Assembly: GCA_035510735.1 (NCBI GenBank)
Contig: DATKGN010000007.1
Span: 105-64,104 of the forward strand
Source of the DNA: Patescibacteria group bacterium
GTDB taxonomy: Bacteria > Patescibacteriota > Microgenomatia > UBA10105 > UBA927
DNA length: 64,000 nt
Reading direction: 5' to 3'
The first letter of the stretch is position 1; each line of letters starts with the position of its first letter. This document shows, piece after piece, positions 30,842-40,130 of this stretch. A program made the position numbers and the translations under genes. Under the pieces are notes generated by a model. The model saw only the letters and a program-made list of their open reading frames with translations, was not told where the DNA came from and did no database searches.

Positions 30842-32155
30842 CTACTCCTGAGGCGGTTTATGAAGCAATCGCTTTGCTGCGTTCAGGCGGGCTTTTTCTT
30901 TCAAGTTCTGATCGCGCCATATTTCATCCTGCTTTTGACTCAGGATGTTACGTAATGCGCTTTCGTTAAACCCCTCGGTGTCAATCTTACTCACGAGATC
31001 GACAAATTCTTCTTCCATCGCCAATTCCCGTATAGCACGTCGCCCATCCATCCACGCGCCGTGCTCCCATCGATTCTTCCAAAGCGATTGCAGGTAATCG
31101 TACTTTGCCCCTTTTTGATCCTCCTCGGGCACCAACGTGTCAATAAGTTTATAAGCTATTTTACTTATTAACGGATATTCGTCCTGTAACAACGGGAGGA
31201 TCTGGACGACGATTTTCTGCCCGTCCAGCTGAGCCAGATCTTTTAACGTCACCAACACCTCAAGATCATCGGATACAGGTTGCTCAAAGTCGGGTCTCCA
31301 TCCTGCTGTTTTCCACGCTAACAACTCTTGATTGCACGCACGGGCCGCATCCTGTTCCGTAAACGCCCGCCATGACACCTCTCTGGGGTCAATAACCAGC
31401 GCCAATCTTTCGATAAATTCACCCAGACTAGACGTAGTATGTTGATACCTCTCTTCATGCCACTCATGTAACTGGTTAACAGCCGATTGTGCTGCTAGCT
31501 TCACTCCCTCAGGCGGCACACTCCACTCGGTCCGAATAAGCTGAAATACCCGTCCTACCACCTCTTGTGCATGTTCTATAGAGGATCTACCAAAACTTTT
31601 CCCGAACATTATATAGTCATGGATAACATATTCGGCTAACACTTGTTGATCCGCCTCATCTGCTCCAAGATACTTTGCCAAAAAAAGTTCTTTAAGCGTT
31701 ATCGGGTCATCCAAACGAGGAGGTCCGAACGCGTTGTTTTCATCAACATGCTTTCTCAAACCCGCCCACTTATTGGTATACGCTTCTTTTACCTCCGGAA
31801 ATAATCGAATGACGTCATCAACCATATCGTAACGCTTAGGATGATGAAAATTAATTAACTCATCTACATCGTGAACAAGGTAAAATGAATCGGATAAAAA
31901 ATCCATAAGAACGGACGCTTCTTTCGAGAATAACTCCCCGACTAATTCATCTGTTTTATCTGTAGGGAGGGTGAAGCTGTGTACCCCGTCTGCGAGTTTT
32001 GTGTAGAGATCCAGTCTCTTATTATGATCTAGCTCATTCGTGAGATGCAGAGTGAGGTCTTTTAAATGATCAAGAAGTATACTCTGTGCTTCGGGAATCG
32101 AAAGATCTTTTGCTTGCTCTACTCCTGCTACCATACGTTCTTTATTTTTGGGCAA
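30842..32155 (-). CDS. hypothetical protein (437 aa)
   Basis: Long ORF; helical composition; no convincing family A blocks. Confidence 0.45.
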   Translation of the reverse strand: MPKNKERMVAGVEQAKDLSIPEAQSILLDHLKDLTLHLTNELDHNKRLDLYTKLADGVHSFTLPTDKTDELVGELFSKEASVLMDFLSDSFYLVHDVDELINFHHPKRYDMVDDVIRLFPEVKEAYTNKWAGLRKHVDENNAFGPPRLDDPITLKELFLAKYLGADEADQQVLAEYVIHDYIMFGKSFGRSSIEHAQEVVGRVFQLIRTEWSVPPEGVKLAAQSAVNQLHEWHEERYQHTTSSLGEFIERLALVIDPREVSWRAFTEQDAARACNQELLAWKTAGWRPDFEQPVSDDLEVLVTLKDLAQLDGQKIVVQILPLLQDEYPLISKIAYKLIDTLVPEEDQKGAKYDYLQSLWKNRWEHGAWMDGRRAIRELAMEEEFVDLVSKIDTEGFNESALRNILSQKQDEIWRDQNLKEKARLNAAKRLLHKPPQE

Positions 32156-32212
32156 ATTGTGAATTCACGGAGATTATAGGACCGGTAGATAGGTCTGTCA
32201 AATAGAGCCGAT

Positions 32213-32899
32213 TCAATATGATGATATGGGCGCTTCCGATAGCGGAGTTCTTCGGAGAAAATCGAGTCTCACAGGCTCATAACCCCAACCAGCCTTGTCT
32301 CCTGAATTGATGGTAAATACTCTCATCGTCCCGAAATATGGTGATCCGGAATCCATACGCAATGATGGCCGGAGAAAAAATGAGAGCCGGGATACATTCT
32401 CAATTTCGTGAGACGTAGGCCACTGCCCCCAACAGGCCCGTGGAGCGTTATGCAAATAGTCTTCTATAGAATCCAACCCCCCGCTCACAATCTTAAATGT
32501 CTCAATATCGCGGGTTATCGTAAAATTTGAAGGCGATCCCATATACCATACGTTACTATCCTTTGTCCGGACCAAAAAATAGCTATGGACAGGTTCAATG
32601 AACCGATGTTGCGGGCTCTCTTTCCATGAAGTCAAAAGCACAAACCGGTCAAATAGTCGTCCTGCCTGTTTATCTTTTGCAATTGACCATAACGCCAAGG
32701 CCGATGCATCGTGGCATTTGAATTTCGTCCAAGCAACCAGATCGAACAAAGATTTGTCAAACGATACAACTTTTTCTTCACCCTCCCCTTCTCCTGCCCA
32801 CGCTAACAATCCGGGCTCAATTTGCCGCCAGAAAGAATACCGCATGGAATGGGCGACAACGTCTCTTGACATTTGTACGCCGTCATCAAGTTCTTGCAT
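32213..32899 (-). CDS. hypothetical protein (228 aa)
   Basis: ORF. Confidence 0.45.
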   Translation of the reverse strand: MQELDDGVQMSRDVVAHSMRYSFWRQIEPGLLAWAGEGEGEEKVVSFDKSLFDLVAWTKFKCHDASALALWSIAKDKQAGRLFDRFVLLTSWKESPQHRFIEPVHSYFLVRTKDSNVWYMGSPSNFTITRDIETFKIVSGGLDSIEDYLHNAPRACWGQWPTSHEIENVSRLSFFLRPSLRMDSGSPYFGTMRVFTINSGDKAGWGYEPVRLDFLRRTPLSEAPISSY

Positions 32900-33049
32900 A
32901 TAGTGATATTGATTATATCAAAAAGTATCAAATAAGTTTACCAATTCCCGCCCCAGATGCGCTATATATGCACACTATAGACCATATATTAATATATCAT
33001 ATAGTGCTTTTAGTATATATTAGATAATCAGAAGATCTTAGGCTGAAAG

Positions 33050-34132
33050 TTATAACGAACGGTCGGGGTGTTGAGATAATGAAAATCCACCGAACTTCGA
33101 CAACATCGTGCTATCAAATAAATCGGATAACGCTCCCGCCAGAAGCGGACCGGACGTCCCATTCACGAGCGTCTCCCATAACGCGTTATCAGCAACACCT
33201 TTTGGCTTAACGAGTGCTCCTTTCGTGCCATTCTTTTTATCAAACCATAATCCATCGCTTTCTTTACCCACTCTCTTTTCCAGTTTCAGCTCATAGTCGC
33301 CCTCAAACATACCCGTTATGGGTGAAAGATCGGAAATTGCCTGCACGGCGTAGTGCCACGCACCTTTCCCATCATTCGTATGACTCAATATGAGGTGTGC
33401 GACATTCGTTTCATACTCGTTTCCCGCCATGTGCTGACTCACTGAAATAGTACAGTCGCCTAATAGGCTTAAATAATTCGTTGACGGAGTCAACAGAGCA
33501 TCGATATACCCTTCACGAGTTATTCCGTCATGCACGATCCTGTATCTCCGGTCTTCCCGAACAGAAGCAGGCACGCTTGACTCAGGTTTAAATTGAAAAA
33601 CCAAATTCCTGCCGGCTTCTTTGATTTGTATTGATTTGAGATATTTACCCTCCTGTTCTCCTGAGGTTTTAGGAAAAGTAAACATGATAAGCGCTTGTTC
33701 GGAAAGGCGGGTGCTCTCTCCGTTCACCGGTGAAACAACAACTTGAAATGATGATTGCTCAGGGTCAATCTCTGACTCATCACGCGTGAATATACCGTCT
33801 GATCCTAGCTCAACCCTCCCGAACCCCGCATACTGCACCTCATATTCGCCTCCCGCGATAACGACGGGAATACGTGCATCTATTCCTTTTCCTTCAGGGG
33901 GAAGGGTGTCAATAAACGTGGTTACATCAGACGTGAGACCATTCGTTAGAATCGATTCAGCGAGGGCCGGAACCGGAGACAACTTCTGCATCTCGGGAAC
34001 CGGGTCAAATAGTTCATCAAACAATTGTGGCACCAGCGCGAGCGCCCGATCACGGGCTTCCCCTATTTCTCCCGCGGCAAGCTGACTCTTTGTGCTATGA
34101 AATATATCCACAGCCTGATCAGCATTCCCCAT
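33050..34132 (-). CDS. hypothetical protein (360 aa)
   Basis: ORF. Confidence 0.45.
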   Translation of the reverse strand: MGNADQAVDIFHSTKSQLAAGEIGEARDRALALVPQLFDELFDPVPEMQKLSPVPALAESILTNGLTSDVTTFIDTLPPEGKGIDARIPVVIAGGEYEVQYAGFGRVELGSDGIFTRDESEIDPEQSSFQVVVSPVNGESTRLSEQALIMFTFPKTSGEQEGKYLKSIQIKEAGRNLVFQFKPESSVPASVREDRRYRIVHDGITREGYIDALLTPSTNYLSLLGDCTISVSQHMAGNEYETNVAHLILSHTNDGKGAWHYAVQAISDLSPITGMFEGDYELKLEKRVGKESDGLWFDKKNGTKGALVKPKGVADNALWETLVNGTSGPLLAGALSDLFDSTMLSKFGGFSLSQHPDRSL

Positions 34133-34287
34133 ATTGCTATCAGTATATCAGTGAATTTCAACTTGACACGTATCTTTTCGTCAACGTATCCCAACCTGCT
34201 TACGATACATATTGGTTGCATCCTCATACCGCATCCGTGCTGCATTGCATAGATATACCCCATAAGGATACGCTGTAACCGGCTTCT

Positions 34288-34584
34288 ATGCCCACATTCC
34301 TTGAGCGAAGCGCTGTCCGAAGTTTCTTTTTTTCCTTCGGTGAACTGGAGGTCCTCGATAATTTAAAAATTTCCAAAGAACAGAGAGAACAAATAGTCGA
34401 CGACCAATTAGCCGCCTCCGACGCCCGGTTGGCAAAAGCCGGAGCCTCCGGGTTTAAACTCCAGGGAGTCATCGCCGATCATGAATCTATAGCAAGGAAA
34501 AAAGGAGAACCGGATTGGGATGAAGTGAAGCGGGATGCAATCCGCGAAATGGCACACAAAATGGCTGCAGAAACTGAGCTATAA
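34288..34584 (+). CDS. small hypothetical protein (98 aa or shorter)
   Basis: ORF in the gap between two minus-strand genes; charged, helical composition. Confidence 0.3.
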   Translation: MPTFLERSAVRSFFFSFGELEVLDNLKISKEQREQIVDDQLAASDARLAKAGASGFKLQGVIADHESIARKKGEPDWDEVKRDAIREMAHKMAAETEL

Positions 34585-34632
34585 TCTGCTCCCCTTTTTA
34601 GGACTTCAAAGAATGCAGATTTGGGATCTCAA

Positions 34633-36036
34633 TTACGTTAGAAGCGGCTTGTTCCCCAACTCAAATGTGTCAACTAGATCCTGAAGATTTACCGCATATG
34701 TTTTTCCTGTATGTATTTCAATGCCATAATATATCCCATACCGCCAGATAGTTTCTGGAGTTAGTTCGCAGAACCGTATGCCTTTCCCATTCCGTGTGTT
34801 CACAATCGCTATCTCTGTCCGTGCCTCTTTGTAGTCTGAAAGAGTAAGATCCTTTTTTTCAAACGGAGAAAGCCAGCCGCCGCGATGATGTCTGAATTTT
34901 ACATGCAAAGGTACGCCATTGAATGAACAGTCCCCCTCTGAAGGGATATATTGTTGACGAAAATGTTCGTATATATATTTCAGAGGCAGGGCCAAATCCT
35001 GGTGCGTCAACCCAAGCTCATGCACCCGGTCATTCATATCCAGCATATGTGAAATCAGTGATTCTCCGGGCGCAAGCATCGCATCACGCGTTTTAATTAA
35101 CGGATATTCGCTCGGGACCTGCAGTTGTGTCGTTAATGACTGTATATCATGTCCGTTTATGTGCGTAATTCCAAGTATTGTCGCTTCATCGTTAACGCCT
35201 CCGATGTTGAACCCATTATCAACGTCCCCCGTCGAATCAAATCTGACACCAAGCTGTTCGGGCGTAGGTTCAGCGATAAACTCAGATGAATTTTCCACAA
35301 CCATACCACCCCCATGAGGTGATATTGCGAAACGATACGATGCATTTTGAACGATGAGCGTCGGGACAGTTCTTGTATCCTCAGGAGCGTAAAAATGACG
35401 CGGAGCTACACCTTTACCAATGATTTGTAAATCCGGAGTTATTTTATCCCGCACGTACTGTCCTAACGGCTTAAACACTCTCATAAGCCGGTCACCTTCA
35501 AATACGAATAATAACGTAATCGATGACGATTCATCATCTGTTTGCTCGAGATACGTACAGGAATATAAATTTTCTGACATTCTTGTAAAATTAGGGTGAA
35601 GTTCAATTTGTTTCTTCACCATTGGTGTATTTAAATCAAATAACGTATATTGGCGTTTGTCATCCTTCACATGAACCTGACCATTTTCGAAAGTAACATC
35701 AGGTACATTCAAGGATCCACTACTGCCGGATCCTCCTGCTAGTTTTCGTTCGTAGTTAAAAAATTTGGAATGGAATTGGATTGAAGAGACAATCATAACT
35801 TCGTTCCAGGTTGCAAATGTCTCATCGCCGACTATGCCAATTGCAAATGCATTGTGTATATCATCAGTGTCATCAAAAAAATCCGTAAAAATATTGGCTG
35901 TAGTGCCATCCGGATTATAGAGAATAGCGAATCCCGGCGTAATCCAAACGTTTGTGTCGTCAATTTGGCGGAATTCCGATGCCTGAATTCCATGTTCATG
36001 AGCAGGACCTCTTTGTAGCAGATTACCTTCGTACAT
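34633..36036 (-). CDS. hypothetical protein (467 aa)
   Basis: ORF. Confidence 0.5.
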   Translation of the reverse strand: MYEGNLLQRGPAHEHGIQASEFRQIDDTNVWITPGFAILYNPDGTTANIFTDFFDDTDDIHNAFAIGIVGDETFATWNEVMIVSSIQFHSKFFNYERKLAGGSGSSGSLNVPDVTFENGQVHVKDDKRQYTLFDLNTPMVKKQIELHPNFTRMSENLYSCTYLEQTDDESSSITLLFVFEGDRLMRVFKPLGQYVRDKITPDLQIIGKGVAPRHFYAPEDTRTVPTLIVQNASYRFAISPHGGGMVVENSSEFIAEPTPEQLGVRFDSTGDVDNGFNIGGVNDEATILGITHINGHDIQSLTTQLQVPSEYPLIKTRDAMLAPGESLISHMLDMNDRVHELGLTHQDLALPLKYIYEHFRQQYIPSEGDCSFNGVPLHVKFRHHRGGWLSPFEKKDLTLSDYKEARTEIAIVNTRNGKGIRFCELTPETIWRYGIYYGIEIHTGKTYAVNLQDLVDTFELGNKPLLT

Positions 36037-36197
36037 AAGAGAGAATTATACTATAGGGCAATATCATATGCAAATATACGTAATTTCCTGGGGAACCATT
36101 TTATTGACCTGGCCCGTCATAATGGTCTATACTCTCCTATCATATATCTTAAGAACGACCTATTCCATGCGGGTAGCATGGATACATAAACAACACT

Positions 36198-36809
36198 ATG
36201 ACCGGAAATGAGACTCATGAAAATCAACAACTCGTCGAGGTGAAGAGGTACTTAAATGAGATGGCACTACGAGAAGTTCAGGCGCTATCCGGCCTTATCG
36301 ACCAATACGTCGCGCCACATGTTGCCATAGAGCATCCGAGCGTTCTCATTGTAGGGCAGGGATTTCGATACACAGAAACAATTGCAATTGATGACCGTCT
36401 GACGCCCGGCCATATCACCTCTGCCGATAACGGTTTTTCTGAAATAGGATTGCATTACTCACTACAGAATGCGATTGCAGGCGGCGTCACCCGCGACGCG
36501 AACATCCTTTCACTGACAACACACGTTTCTTCTGATTTCCAGGATTTGGATGAGACGTATGACATTGTCTTCGCGTTTAGTTTGGCGCTAAGCCTCCAAA
36601 ACCCGGAGTGCGTTGAGCAACTCCTGGGTAAAAGTCGCGGACTCTCTGTCATCACTGCCCATAAGCCAAGCGAGGATCTGAGGGGGTTTCTACTGGAAGA
36701 ATATGTGCATATAGATCAATTACTTGAACAACGGGGTGTATCTTTTATCACACGCAAAGAATCCCTCTCTCTCCCAACTAAAGACGGACATATCTGGGTG
36801 ATGAAATAA
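36198..36809 (+). CDS. hypothetical protein (203 aa)
   Basis: ORF. Confidence 0.45.
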   Translation: MTGNETHENQQLVEVKRYLNEMALREVQALSGLIDQYVAPHVAIEHPSVLIVGQGFRYTETIAIDDRLTPGHITSADNGFSEIGLHYSLQNAIAGGVTRDANILSLTTHVSSDFQDLDETYDIVFAFSLALSLQNPECVEQLLGKSRGLSVITAHKPSEDLRGFLLEEYVHIDQLLEQRGVSFITRKESLSLPTKDGHIWVMK

Positions 36810-36849
36810 CAAACAGAATCAAACTATATCGAGGCGTGTAGATTTTGGC

Positions 36850-38031
36850 TTATTTATCGTCTTCCCGCTGAGGAATGACGTAGAGCCGTTCAATAATTTG
36901 ATGACCGGTGTACACATTTGCTTGACCCCACCACTGTGCAGACCGTATCATTTTCTTAACATCTGCCTTCTCTAAAGGGGCGAAGCAATCGGAACGTCGG
37001 ACATCCATAATCTCAAACAGGCGCTCGCCGCGCGGATTGAGCTCAATGATAAAGCCCCGGTTTACACGCGCGCCGAAGAGAATATCGTGAGCATCCCACA
37101 ACCCCATTGGATTAATTTCTGCGGCATCCGGCACATACATCGTTGTGTTATCAGATACTTGCTTTCCCTTCGTTTCGTCCGTCGATACGAAATTCCGGAA
37201 ACCGATATAGTTGCGGATGGCATTCCCACGGGATTCAAGCTCTCTTCCTCTCGTCGATCCATTCACTTCCGGAACAAAATCATCGTTGGCAGTAAACCGT
37301 ATTGATTGTATCTCATCAGGAAGAAACTGACTCACATATGTTCCGCGACTGACTGTCCCTATGAGGAGTTCAATTGCGGGAGCAATTGTTTCTCCAACCG
37401 CCATCACGGTAAAATTTGACCTGCGTCTAATCCGATTGCTCTCATACGGCAACGGGAAAATCATCCGGCTGGGTAAGACTTCCCCATATTGGTCTTCATA
37501 CATCTGTCGAAGATAGATAAGCTGTTCTCTTGATTCCGTAAAATAATGTGCAAGTGGTCTCTCCAAGTCAATATCGCCTGCAAGTTCAACTTCCACGCCC
37601 TTAGCGAGATGTGGAAACAGGAAAAGCGCCCGATACAAGAGGTCGTTCATCGCGTCGACAGCTTGTACATTTTCCTGGTGAGACCTATTCGCCTGGAATG
37701 TATGCAGTAAATCATCAAGCCGCCGGTTCAGGCCGCCCACCCCCTCCCGTTCGATAACGGTTAAATATTTGACGTCTTTGACTAATCGGGTAATATAGGG
37801 ATTTTGAAATTGCTCGCGCTCTGTCTCAAACCTGCTCACGAGATTATTTACAGAACCAACCGAGGCAATCGTTGTTTCATTCCCGTAGTAAGACAAACTA
37901 CTTATGAATCCTTTTTCATATTCGCTGGTCGGTCCAAGAGAGTCTACCGGGCGCGACACAAGACTGGTAATCCGGTTTTGAATAAGCTGGATGTGAGGCG
38001 GTGAATCGTATTGATGTGTCCCTTCTTTCAT
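36850..38031 (-). CDS. hypothetical protein (393 aa)
   Basis: ORF. Confidence 0.5.
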   Translation of the reverse strand: MKEGTHQYDSPPHIQLIQNRITSLVSRPVDSLGPTSEYEKGFISSLSYYGNETTIASVGSVNNLVSRFETEREQFQNPYITRLVKDVKYLTVIEREGVGGLNRRLDDLLHTFQANRSHQENVQAVDAMNDLLYRALFLFPHLAKGVEVELAGDIDLERPLAHYFTESREQLIYLRQMYEDQYGEVLPSRMIFPLPYESNRIRRRSNFTVMAVGETIAPAIELLIGTVSRGTYVSQFLPDEIQSIRFTANDDFVPEVNGSTRGRELESRGNAIRNYIGFRNFVSTDETKGKQVSDNTTMYVPDAAEINPMGLWDAHDILFGARVNRGFIIELNPRGERLFEIMDVRRSDCFAPLEKADVKKMIRSAQWWGQANVYTGHQIIERLYVIPQREDDK

Positions 38032-38162
38032 GGCGTGATTATACTATAAGACCCAAAAATACCATACTTTTGCACAGAAGCGAATGATAACAATGGTCAA
38101 ACACACGCAGGTAATCCGATAGAATTTTGGTCGCTTTTCCAAAAAGCATCTGATTTGAATTT

Positions 38163-38235
38163 TACTCCCGTTTTAACACTTCAAAAATAGCTGACTTGGG
38201 GAATTTCTACCCGGCCGATCAATTTCCCTGCAGAG
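38163..38235. repeat. degenerate direct copy (copy C) of the lepA 3' end, putative displaced att site
   Basis: 'ctcccgttttaacacttcaaaaatagctgacttggggaatttctacccggccgatcaatttcc' vs lepA 3' end 'ctctctttaacacttcaaaaaacgctgactgagggatttcgacccggcctattaatttca'. Confidence 0.6.
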
Positions 38236-38312
38236 CGGGATTTCGTCCTTCGACAGACTCAGGACTCAACATTCTCGCCTCACCCAACCATTTCCCTTAT
38301 TAACTATATATA

Positions 38313-39524
38313 TTGATATCTAACTATACTTTACTATATAATTCCGACATGGCTGCTATTGAATTTGCGGATGTAAAACCAAAAGATATTGATTTAACCG
38401 GCATCCCGACAGGATGGAATATCCTTTCTGAGGCCGAACATTCGCTGGCTTGGGATTTTTTATCCGGACGAAATACTGAAACGCTTCGGAGCATCATCAC
38501 AATGGAAGGAAGAAATACGTTTATTCTGCGGCCCGGCTCCCCTGATCCGATATACACCCATATTCAGCTTTCCGGAGGATTTTATAAGGAGCTAGAAATA
38601 TCAAGAAATGGGATGGCCATATCCAAAAATACTGTCCATCTATTATCTGCTGATAATTTCGTCTTGGGACGGGAACCCATGTTTAGAACCAATGCAATAA
38701 CAGAGGACGGCCAAATAACGACGACCCAGCCTGATTATGTCCCCACCGGAGCATATACACAAATGCAGGCTATAAAAAAAGCTATTGATACCCTTTCTAT
38801 CACAGCCAGTCTGGAAAAACTGAAAGCTCTCGATTTTCCTGATAAAAAAATGTTTATGGTTCCGAGGATTGTCGGCGTCTATCAATTTCCGGAAGTTACT
38901 GACCCGACAGGTGAGCCGGTATACGGAATTGCTATGCTCACATCTTCCCCTGAAAACAGGCTGAGCCAACGTATAAATAGTTTTTTCAACAGGTATGGAA
39001 AACACTATGAAGCGTCCATAAACAGACGGATACAGAGGAATTTCGGCTACCAAACGGTCGCACTGGGGGCAGCCATACGGACGCTTCATGATTCCTTTGA
39101 CCTGTATCACCGTCAGATAACCAGCGGCAACTGTGAAATTGTAACGTTGCCGGATAACCAGTTCACGCCCTTCTTTCATGATTGGAGCACGACGATGAGG
39201 CTCCCTAAAAACCTTCGTCCTAATAGGATGGCGCGCGCAATTGACCTCATAATACCATGGGCATCCGTTTCCATTTTGATGGACCATATGCGCGAAACCG
39301 GCGCAACAAACAACGACGTTGCGCAATTTATGACCACGTCGTTTCTCGCGAATCTTACGGCAGGGTATGTGCATTTGCTGCCACGAAGATCAAACGAGTT
39401 TGAGAAAGAATTATTTTCTCAATTCACTCTTGCCGAAACGGACAGTAGCACCGTTGAGCGTTTAGCAAATTTTATCACCTCTTTTGATGCTACTATCGGA
39501 GTAGAAACAGAAGAAGAAATATAA
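38313..39524 (+). CDS. hypothetical protein (about 390-403 aa), sole cargo gene of the distal lepA-associated module
   Basis: ORF bounded by lepA 3'-end copies C and B; probable ATG at 38349 (MAAIEFADVK); weak, unverified kinase-fold-like features (glycine-rich 'QLSGGFYKE', 'YHRQITSGNCEI', 'FHDWS'). Confidence 0.5.
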   Translation: MISNYTLLYNSDMAAIEFADVKPKDIDLTGIPTGWNILSEAEHSLAWDFLSGRNTETLRSIITMEGRNTFILRPGSPDPIYTHIQLSGGFYKELEISRNGMAISKNTVHLLSADNFVLGREPMFRTNAITEDGQITTTQPDYVPTGAYTQMQAIKKAIDTLSITASLEKLKALDFPDKKMFMVPRIVGVYQFPEVTDPTGEPVYGIAMLTSSPENRLSQRINSFFNRYGKHYEASINRRIQRNFGYQTVALGAAIRTLHDSFDLYHRQITSGNCEIVTLPDNQFTPFFHDWSTTMRLPKNLRPNRMARAIDLIIPWASVSILMDHMRETGATNNDVAQFMTTSFLANLTAGYVHLLPRRSNEFEKELFSQFTLAETDSSTVERLANFITSFDATIGVETEEEI

Positions 39525-39536
39525 CTCTTCCAGTTC

Positions 39537-39600
39537 AATTATTCTCTCTTTAACACTTCAAAAAACGCCGACTGGGGAATTTCGACGAGACCTTAGAATT
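39537..39600. repeat. direct copy (copy B) of the lepA 3' end, putative att site between two cargo modules
   Basis: 'caattattctctctttaacacttcaaaaaacgc' is 33/33 identical to the lepA terminus at 41417..41449; then diverges (cgactggggaatttcgacgagaccttagaattca). Confidence 0.65.
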
Positions 39601-40127
39601 CAAGATTGTAATAGTTGTAGGATCTTTCCCATTATCGCCAACTGCTTACTCGCTTTTTCGATCACGCTCTTTGAAAACAGTCCCTTATAAGACAAATAGT
39701 CCATTGCTTCGCCCTCATCTAAATATTTTTGATGAAATTCTCGTTTACATTGTGGTGTGGACCAAGTCGCATGTGATCGTCGAGGTTCTCGAATATCTAG
39801 AAACAAGCCTTCGACACATGGCTCTGGGACGAAAATAACCCACCTATTGCCAATTAATAGATCTCTTCGTGGTGACGATAATTTAGTATCACCATCCAAT
39901 AGCAATAATTTTCGTGAGTAAGGAATCTCTCCATGCGCTTGCATTGCTTTTTTTGCAGCACCATCAGCTCCGCCTCCATGAGCATTATCGTATCTCACTA
40001 ACTTCCCACATCCTCGCGGACAATATAAACCACCTAAATAATGCAAAAAAGCTTCGTCTGTGGGACCCTCACCGTATAATAGTATCGATTGAAGCTGCAG
40101 ACGATGCAATTGTGATTTCTTACGCAT
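39600..40127 (-). CDS. small TOPRIM-like protein (RloB-like / DUF4276-like), partner of the AAA ATPase
   Basis: N-terminal 'ILLYGEGPTDEAFLHYLGGLY' (hhh-EG-x-TE motif of RloB/DUF4276/OLD-TOPRIM) and downstream 'LLLLDGDTK' acidic motif; starts 3 nt after the ATPase stop on the same strand. Confidence 0.55.
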   Translation of the reverse strand: MRKKSQLHRLQLQSILLYGEGPTDEAFLHYLGGLYCPRGCGKLVRYDNAHGGGADGAAKKAMQAHGEIPYSRKLLLLDGDTKLSSPRRDLLIGNRWVIFVPEPCVEGLFLDIREPRRSHATWSTPQCKREFHQKYLDEGEAMDYLSYKGLFSKSVIEKASKQLAIMGKILQLLQS

Positions 40128-40130
40128 ATC

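Noticed and set aside
30842-32155. Assigning the 437-aa protein to paralog family A
   Set aside because: Similar size and helical character, but none of the diagnostic blocks (GWAhVWPQ, HPGhAhAIV, LLxDILTxN) could be aligned by eye.
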